DNA from: an uncultured Bacteroidales bacterium
GTDB taxonomy: Bacteria > Bacteroidota > Bacteroidia > Bacteroidales > JAGOPY01
Direction: 5' to 3'
DNA: 64,000 nucleotides
NCBI GenBank assembly: GCA_964619555.1
Contig: CAZUDV010000014.1
Span: 22,658-86,657, forward strand
Translations under genes and position numbers: made by a program
Notes under the pieces: model-generated
Databases searched by the model: none
What the model was told of the DNA's origin: nothing
What the model saw: only the letters and a program-made list of their open reading frames with translations
Shown: positions 57,516-64,000 of the stretch, piece after piece
Layout of the letters: the number at the start of each line of letters is the position of its first letter
How positions within the stretch are numbered: the first letter of the stretch is position 1

Positions 57516-58433
57516 CTATAAGTCCTTTGACTTCGTTATTTCGATATGCTGGTCAAACAGTTTATCCAGTTTCTTCACAAACCGATTAGTCTTCACATTA
57601 TTCATTCTTTTACTAAGCCTATCGTCAAATAGATCAATTTTAAAGTCGTCAAAATTGAAAAAGGTTTTAAAATATTCGGCAAGCTTAATTCGTGGGAGTT
57701 TTTTGCCTTCCAAATCAGTTATGCAATTAGCCAAATCAAGTGCTGTGATCAATTCAACGAAATCTATTGCCGTTCCATTCCACTTTACATTGGTTGATGA
57801 AATATTTTTTATATGGTCTTTGGGAACGTCTAATATTGAACTACTAAAAATATTAAGTACCCGAACTTCATTATTTATTGTAACCTTTTGTTTATAGGAC
57901 TCTATTAATATCTGATTTAGATAATGCCCGAAACGATGTTCAATATTTTTTAAGAGTATTTCAATGTTTTCAAAGAAGAATATTAAATAAGTAACCTTGA
58001 ACATACTCATAAAGATGAAAGGAAAGCTTTGGTGTATTTTCTCTCTTAATGAAGTATCCTCTTGGAATATTTTTTTATCAAGGTAATAATGTAATAAACA
58101 AATATATGTTTCAGTGACGACAGATTGTTTTCTTTCTTCATTTTCGGATTTAAGGACTTCCACAAGTAAAGCAATTTCAATGTTTTTCTTAATCTTTACC
58201 AATATATTGTTTTCATCTTCCAGAAGGCTTGTTTGAATCGCGGTATCATCAAACTTTAGCTCATTTAACATTTTTTGCCTTTCGAATGAAGTGTCTTCTC
58301 TATCAATATATTTTAGAACCCTCTTACGATCATCATCCTGATACCAAGATGACACCGCCGATTGAAGCACTTCTTTATAGGAATCTATAGTAAAGGCTTC
58401 ATATAAATCTATTATGCTTTCTGCTAATCCCAT
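57516..58433 (-). CDS. Protein with C-terminal RteC-like domain
   Basis: VKWNGTAIDFVELITALDLANCI...KLAEYFKTFFN...RFVKKL matches the RteC W.G...D.VELI.AL signature. Confidence 0.72.
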   Translation of the reverse strand: MGLAESIIDLYEAFTIDSYKEVLQSAVSSWYQDDDRKRVLKYIDREDTSFERQKMLNELKFDDTAIQTSLLEDENNILVKIKKNIEIALLVEVLKSENEERKQSVVTETYICLLHYYLDKKIFQEDTSLREKIHQSFPFIFMSMFKVTYLIFFFENIEILLKNIEHRFGHYLNQILIESYKQKVTINNEVRVLNIFSSSILDVPKDHIKNISSTNVKWNGTAIDFVELITALDLANCITDLEGKKLPRIKLAEYFKTFFNFDDFKIDLFDDRLSKRMNNVKTNRFVKKLDKLFDQHIEITKSKDL

Positions 58434-58637
58434 AACGTATCAAATTCTACTTAATGGTTAGACAATTAGATGTTAAAATTAACTAATTTCATTTCAGATA
58501 TTTATGACAAATAAAACAAATAACATTTCTCCTTATTATAATATTCTGTAGCTCTCTGATACCAGTCTTTTCCCGCATATATATTTTGTTTATTCGAAAA
58601 TATTTCGTAAATTGCATATTGATTCAAACCCTGAAAT

Positions 58638-59204
58638 ATGCAACACGTCGCCCTATACGTTCGAGTGTCCCAATCCAGCCAAACAGTTATCAATCAGCGC
58701 ATTCGATTGATTGAGTTTGCCGAACGAAATGGTTATACCTATGATATATATGAGGAAGTGGAATCAACCCGCAAAACCCGCCCAGTCAAACAAGCATTGC
58801 TGGCAAAACTCAGGGCAGGCGAATATGATGCCGTCGTGGTTTTCAAACTGGATCGGTGGGCTCGTTCCAGCACTGAATTAATACTCGACACAAAAGAGCT
58901 TCTCGATAAGGGCATAGGATTCATCAGCATATCTGATAACATTGATTTCGGCTCCGCCGCTGGTCGGCTCCAGTTCCAAATTCTATCCGCTTTTGCCGAA
59001 TTTGAGCGTGAGTTGATCCGTGAACGCACGCTTGAAGGGCTTTACCGTGCCAAGATGCAGGGCAAGAAGGCTGGCAGACCCAAAGGATCAAAAGATTCCG
59101 TGAAAAGGAAACGGGCAGGATATATCTTGCGTGAAGCCAAAAAACGGCAGAAGGTGGAATCTGATAACGGCATACACAAATCCATAGAAAGTTATTTAAA
59201 CTGA
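58638..59204 (+). CDS. Small serine recombinase (resolvase family)
   Basis: ALYVRVS, VVFKLDRWARS, FAEFERELIRERTLEGL, GRP; inverted repeat TGCATATT/AATATGCA (58613-58642) overlaps the start. Confidence 0.93.
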   Translation: MQHVALYVRVSQSSQTVINQRIRLIEFAERNGYTYDIYEEVESTRKTRPVKQALLAKLRAGEYDAVVVFKLDRWARSSTELILDTKELLDKGIGFISISDNIDFGSAAGRLQFQILSAFAEFERELIRERTLEGLYRAKMQGKKAGRPKGSKDSVKRKRAGYILREAKKRQKVESDNGIHKSIESYLN

Positions 59205-59567
59205 CCACCAAACCTCCCCCATATAATTATGGCAAACCTTTTTCGGTCTAAACCCCAATAAACCTCCCCCCAAATAAATACCCCGAAATAAACGGACGGT
59301 TATTTTGTTCTAACATACTACCATCAGCACGCTTCCCAGAATGATAAATACTTATCACTTTAATATTTATAAACTGGCTAACCTATTGCTTTCCACCACT
59401 TTTTTCACTATATTTGAGCCATTACAAGGGTCAGCCATCACTTTTTCGGTAAATCTTTCTCTGCCCCTGTCTGCCAATATCCTTCATCAAACTGGCGGTG
59501 ATCCCTTTAAAGATATCATTATACCATACGTCAGGTCTTTATGTGGTCTTTCTAATAAACCAAACCA

Positions 59568-60587
59568 ATGAAAAACCTTTACATCATTTTTATTGCGCTG
59601 CTTTTGGCAAGCGGCGCAATGGCACAGACAAAGCAGCCCTGCTCCACCTGCCTGCCAGAGGGCATTATATTCACTACTCAAGCCCAGATTGATAGCTTCC
59701 CAATGAACTACCCTAATTGTAATGAGATTGATGGTTACGTAACAATCAGCGGCGATAATATAATTAATCTGGATAGCTTAATTAATGTTACTCAAATTGG
59801 AGGATTTCTCGAAATTGGATATGCTTTTATGAAGCCTGATGATGGGTGGGTATGCGCTGGTAATCCAAATTTGATGAACATCCAAGGATTGCAAAACCTA
59901 ACAATCGTCGGTGGATTCTTGCAGATATTTGGTAACAGTGTTTTAACTGAATTGACAGGACTTGAAAGTTTAACAACTATAGGTGGTTCTCTTTTCATTG
60001 GAGCAATTCTTCCCCAAGGCTGGGGAGTATTACCTTGTGGTAATGCTATTGAAGATTTAACGGCTTTAAGTAATTTAGAATCAATAAATGGAGAGCTTAT
60101 TATTGAATCAAATTCCCTATCATCTTTAGAAGGATTAAACAATATTGATACAAGTACAATTACTTATTTAAGAATTTTTGGGAATTCCAATCTATCACAT
60201 TGCGAAATTCAGAATATTTGTGATTATCTAAATGCTGCTAATGGAAATGCATATATTGGCTATAATGCTTCAGGCTGTGACTCTGAGCAGGAAGTTGTAG
60301 AAGCTTGTGAATCTACTGATGTGAATGAATATCCTTTAACGCAAGATATGGATATTTTTCCTAATCCCTCCTCAACAAACACCATCGCCATTGAACTCCC
60401 CAGCACAACCACGCCACAAAAGAACACTACCCTGACCATCTTTAATATCAACGGTCAGGTTATATCACAGCGCCAGATCACGGAACCATTAATAAATATG
60501 GATATATCTGGGTTGAGCCAAGGGGTTTATTTTGTGAAGGTGGTGAGCAATGATGGGGTGAGCGTGGAGAAGTTTGTGAAGCAATAG
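59568..60587 (+). other. T9SS C-terminal-sorting-domain protein with receptor-L-domain-like repeats
   Basis: Signal peptide, TTQAQIDSF, repeated L.GL..L..IGG.L.I, C-terminal IFPNP...IFNINGQ...GVYFVKV...KFVK. Confidence 0.87.
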
Positions 60588-60695
60588 ATTAGAAATCTGA
60601 AAATAAGTTTCTTACTTTTCGGTTATGAAAATTTGTCTATGAACTCAATTTGATAACACAATCGTTCGTGGAAATTTCAGAAACATTTTGAAACT

Positions 60696-61154
60696 ATGGA
60701 ATCATTGAAAAGAAAAAGATTCCTGCAATCATTTCTTGGTGCATTGGGGGCAAAACAAATAATATGGACTTCACAAGATGATAATTCAATATTTGGGACT
60801 GTTATTTATGACGAAACTGACCCAGACGAAAGACAGGACTTTGTTTGGCATATGACAGAGAATAACGTGCCAAATGACACTATTATAGACCTACTGACGT
60901 ACTTGACCACTAAAAGTCTAATTGACAATGACCATCTAATAGTTCCCGTAGCAGAAATTGAAATTCCTGATATTGACGATGAAACCAGGGATAAACTTTT
61001 TGACGAGTTGTTTAGAGTGTCTGTTGATATGATAGATAGCGGAAAAGAAACTGACTTTTACTTCATCCACCAATGTAATGAGAATAATAAAGAACCACCA
61101 ACACCACAAAAGCAATGGTGGATGACCACACTGTTCAGGTGGAGAAATTTGTGA
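60696..61154 (+). CDS. Hypothetical acidic protein; 3' end appears chimeric
   Basis: 152-aa ORF whose last about 25 codons overlie an out-of-frame T9SS-CTD-like remnant. Confidence 0.6.
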   Translation: MESLKRKRFLQSFLGALGAKQIIWTSQDDNSIFGTVIYDETDPDERQDFVWHMTENNVPNDTIIDLLTYLTTKSLIDNDHLIVPVAEIEIPDIDDETRDKLFDELFRVSVDMIDSGKETDFYFIHQCNENNKEPPTPQKQWWMTTLFRWRNL

Positions 61155-61183
61155 AGGAATAGATTCATAAAATAGTTGGTTTT

Positions 61184-61239
61184 TGGAGTAAGGAATGGAG
61201 TAAGGAAGGTCGAAAAAATGGTCTTCGTGGAGTAAGGAA
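61184..61239 (+). repeat. Three TGGAGTAAGGAA direct repeats, putative integrase arm-type sites (right end)
   Basis: Copies at 61184-61195, 61196-61207 and 61228-61239. Confidence 0.8.
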
Positions 61240-61311
61240 AGGCTAAGATATCAAATTTGTATATTGCTGTTATATAGTTAATTATACAATCATAAAATTG
61301 CATATATCTGG

Positions 61312-61353
61312 TTCATAACCCGAAGGTCACGAGTTCAATTCTCGTCCTCGCTA
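61312..61353 (+). pseudogene. attR: displaced 3' half of tRNA-Met
   Basis: TTCATAACCCGAAGGTC-ACGAG-TTCAATT-CTCGT-CCTCGCTA; no 5' half upstream. Confidence 0.92.
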
Positions 61354-61362
61354 CTCCACGAC

Positions 61363-61386
61363 AGCCCCGCATTGCGGGGCTTTTTT
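61363..61386 (+). terminator. Intrinsic terminator following the tRNA remnant
   Basis: AGCCCCGC-ATT-GCGGGGCT plus T run; homologous to 15017-15041. Confidence 0.85.
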
Positions 61387-61534
61387 ATCTTTTTCACTGC
61401 AATTCGATAAACATCTATCACACCACTGATGAACAATCTTCCCGGATATCACCTCTTTGATTCTTGATTTGCTCCGGATGATTGCATTGTTATCCGGAAG
61501 TATTTATTATCTTAGCATTTCCAATTTTAAACTT

Positions 61535-61744
61535 ATGAAATCATACAAATCCGTTAGTGCCTGGTTAAGGTCAAAACCTTCTGAAAAAGAAATTCAAAAG
61601 GTGCTGAATCTGATCAACAGACAAAGCAAAAGTTCCCTTAGAAAGGAATTAAAACAGAAAACGCTCGAATTGCAAAAAATTGCCAAAATTCAGGAGAATT
61701 TATCGAAAGAAATTGAAGAGATAAATCAGCGATTGGTGCGCTAA
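61535..61744 (+). CDS. Small basic coiled-coil hypothetical protein
   Basis: MKSYKSVSAWL... (ATG 61535), followed by the hairpin TATAGCCCC...GGGGCTATA. Confidence 0.5.
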   Translation: MKSYKSVSAWLRSKPSEKEIQKVLNLINRQSKSSLRKELKQKTLELQKIAKIQENLSKEIEEINQRLVR

Positions 61745-62124
61745 TTCAACTAGACTCGCTATAATATAGCCCCGTGACTGATATATGGGGCTATAATTAT
61801 TTTAACACAGAGGACTGCGGACTTTTGATCCGTACCATTGGATTCATTTCAATGCAGCCAGACAAAACATGCACCACTAATTAGAATTTCAACAAATATC
61901 GTTCCCTTAGTGATGAATCCGTCAATATAATGTAAGTGGCGGATCAGCGTGTCAGGTGCAAGACGAGAAAGTCAGTGCAAAATCCTGGCCGGCAGTGCAC
62001 GATACCAGTCATAATATTCCCTAAAAAGTACACGTTCCTATCACTTTCTTACAGTACCTTTGTCGTCCCGACGAACATGGAAAAAGCAGCGGTTTTGGTC
62101 GAGGCTTTAACTGCGTAATGTCTT

Positions 62125-63225
62125 ATGAGGCAAAAACTTAACTGGTTAGGCACGTTTCTCCTCGCATGTACCGGAATCGCCGTTACCGGGCAAGTGCCAT
62201 CAGGATATTATAACCCTGCAAGCGGGCTTTCAGGTGCCGCTTTGAAAGCAGCCCTGCATGAGATCATCGACGATCATACACCTTTAAGCTATGGCGCGGT
62301 CACCGACGCCCTGAAAATTACTGATCAGGATACCAACAATTCCGCCAACGTCATCTGTTTTTACACCGGTTGGTCCTACCCGAAAGTCAATTTCGGAAAC
62401 CTAGGCAACGACTGGAACCGGGAGCATATATGGTCGGCATCACATGGCAGTTTTACGGACGATCCCCCGGAATACACCGATCTGCACCATCTCCGGCCAT
62501 GCGATGCATCTGTTAACTCGGCTAAAAGCAACCGGGATTTTTCAGAAGGCGTGTCACAGTATATAGATGGTTCCGGACCAACTGGTTGCTATACAGCCTT
62601 GTATCGATGGGAACCCCGTCATTCAGACAAGGGCGACGTGGCCAGAACGTTATTTTACATGGCTGTACGTTATGAAGGGGACAATAACGAACGAAACCTG
62701 GAACTGGTGAGTTATGTGAACACAGCCACACAATACCAGCCCCTTTACGGCAACCTGGACACTTTGATCCTCTGGCATAACCAGGATCCGGTAGATGATT
62801 GGGAACGGGAACGGAACGACATTATTTATTACAATTACCAGGGGAACCGGAATCCATTCATCGATCATCCGGAATATGCAGAACTCATTTGGGGTGACGA
62901 ACCGGTGAACCATGTAAGCAATCTCTCTGCCAATGATATCTTTCTCAGTTGGGGTGAAGCTTCTGGCAACCTGCTGCCAGACGGTTACCTGGTCAGAAAA
63001 AGTGCCATTAGTTTCGGCAGCATTCCCGACCCTATTGATGGCGTAGAGGTAGAAGAGGATGCAGACAATATCCATGTAGCTTATGGCACAGGTAATTGCA
63101 CTTTCAGAGGCAGTTTACCCGGAATGACTTATTATTTCAGGATCTTCCCATATAAAGGTGAAGGCGAGGCCATCAATTATAAAACGGATGGCCTTATCCA
63201 GGAAGTGGCGATTGAATTGGAATGA
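62125..63225 (+). CDS. Secreted endonuclease I family (His-Me finger) nuclease with FN3-like tail
   Basis: Signal peptide, WNREHIW, TDLHHLRP, VNSAKSN, KGDVARTLFYMAVRY, QGNRNPFIDHP; TACCTTTG -7 motif at 62055-62062. Confidence 0.9.
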   Translation: MRQKLNWLGTFLLACTGIAVTGQVPSGYYNPASGLSGAALKAALHEIIDDHTPLSYGAVTDALKITDQDTNNSANVICFYTGWSYPKVNFGNLGNDWNREHIWSASHGSFTDDPPEYTDLHHLRPCDASVNSAKSNRDFSEGVSQYIDGSGPTGCYTALYRWEPRHSDKGDVARTLFYMAVRYEGDNNERNLELVSYVNTATQYQPLYGNLDTLILWHNQDPVDDWERERNDIIYYNYQGNRNPFIDHPEYAELIWGDEPVNHVSNLSANDIFLSWGEASGNLLPDGYLVRKSAISFGSIPDPIDGVEVEEDADNIHVAYGTGNCTFRGSLPGMTYYFRIFPYKGEGEAINYKTDGLIQEVAIELE

Positions 63226-63268
63226 AGGGAGAACGGTGTTAAAACAATGGTTATACGGTATTAATTAT

Positions 63269-64000
63269 ATGAATTTCCGGAGATTAATAATTAAGATCCT
63301 CATGATACCTGCATCAGGTTTAAGTCCGGTATTGGCCCAGAATGCATGGATCAATGAGTTCCATTACGACAATACCGGAGGTGATGTAGGCGAATTCATA
63401 GAAATTGTTGTGGAAAATGCTGAAAATTATTCCATATCTTCATTCCAGGTTATTTTATATAATGGAGCCGATGGTTTATACTATAGTTCCAAGAGTCTCA
63501 GTGCTTTTAGCCCCGGGAGCATTTTGGGAAATCATTCATTTTATTCCCTGAATTATACTTTGTCAGGCACTGCCATACAAAACGGGGATCCTGACGGCAT
63601 TGCCTTATTGTATAACGGTACATTGATCCCGGGTCAATTCCTGAGTTATGAAGGTGTATTTACTGCCCTGGACGGCCCTGTAGCCGGTACCTCATCCATC
63701 GACATCGGCGTGGACGAAGAACCAGTTCCTGCAGCCGGATTATCCCTTCGCCTGAGTGGATCCGGAACCCAATATTCTGATTTCACCTGGCAGGAACCGG
63801 CGGCCGAAAGTCCCGGGACTATTAACCCAGGACAGGCCCTTACTGGCAATTTCATTGCTAATCCTTTGTTTTTCAACGCTTCAACATATTCAGAATCACA
63901 AATCAATCTTTCGTGGAACCAAAATGCCAACAATAACGATATTTTGCTTGCCTGGAGCAGCACAAATATTTTTGGCATACCAACGGGAACATATACTGTA
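63269..64000 (+). CDS. Secreted protein with N-terminal lamin-tail-like domain (runs off window end)
   Basis: Manual translation from ATG 63269: ...AQNAWINEFHYDNTGGDVGEFIEIVV...LYNG...IQNGDPDGIAL...QFLSYEG; open to 64000. Confidence 0.8.
   Translation, partial: MNFRRLIIKILMIPASGLSPVLAQNAWINEFHYDNTGGDVGEFIEIVVENAENYSISSFQVILYNGADGLYYSSKSLSAFSPGSILGNHSFYSLNYTLSGTAIQNGDPDGIALLYNGTLIPGQFLSYEGVFTALDGPVAGTSSIDIGVDEEPVPAAGLSLRLSGSGTQYSDFTWQEPAAESPGTINPGQALTGNFIANPLFFNASTYSESQINLSWNQNANNNDILLAWSSTNIFGIPTGTYTV

Larger units (their letters stand above)
14966..61328. mobile_element. 46.3-kb tRNA-Met-integrated element (genomic island) with integrase, PrimPol-VirE replicase and defence cargo
   Basis: Identical 17-bp core TTCATAACCCGAAGGTC at 14966-14982 and 61312-61328 (offset 46,346), integrase beside the left end, arm-like repeats at both ends, visibly lower GC than flanks. 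Confidence 0.95.

Noticed and set aside
15059-61239. CRISPR array from the TGGAGTAAGGAA repeats
   Set aside because: Repeats are 12 bp, lack regular spacers, cluster at the att ends, and no cas genes are present.
14966-61328. Intact prophage or conjugative transposon
   Set aside because: No capsid, portal, terminase, tail, lysis, tra or relaxase genes recognisable.
61312-61353. Second complete tRNA gene
   Set aside because: Lacks the 5' acceptor strand and D-arm; it is the attR remnant.

Overview
Bacteroidota chromosomal window (TAnnTTTG -7 promoter motifs, T9SS cargo, RteC domain, rpmG-DUF4295-ftsY-rimO synteny). Positions 1-15 kb and about 62-64 kb are ordinary host genes: RelA/SpoT-family, floA-nfeD-clpS, a cobalamin riboswitch with BtuB/BtuG-like genes, pruA, rimO, ftsY, rpmG, xerD, an SDR, and secreted nuclease/lamin-tail proteins. 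Between them sits a 46,346-bp integrative element inserted in a tRNA-Met(CAT) gene. It is bounded by a 17-bp att core (14966-14982 and 61312-61328) and five TGGAGTAAGGAA arm-like repeats, and carries a tyrosine integrase with an xis-like partner. The element has a PrimPol-VirE replicase with an adjacent 141-bp dyad-symmetric candidate origin, HTH/RHH/RteC regulators and a serine resolvase. I recognise no relaxase, T4SS, capsid or terminase gene. The cargo is a dense defence-type island: a type I R-M operon with an embedded Mrr-like nuclease, plus NucS-like, DUF2130, DUF3800, CoiA-like and further PD-(D/E)XK nucleases. The best candidate for an undescribed system is the tightly packed run at 39.3-47.8 kb, which couples two DNA-glycosylase folds (MPG-like and UDG-like) with an agmatine/peptidyl-arginine deiminase, a Zn-ribbon protein, nucleases, membrane proteins and an ADP-ribosylglycohydrolase. 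Other leads are two candidate structured RNAs, a three-member unannotated paralog family and an exact 352-bp intragenic duplication. All family calls come from motif recognition by eye; no database searches were run.
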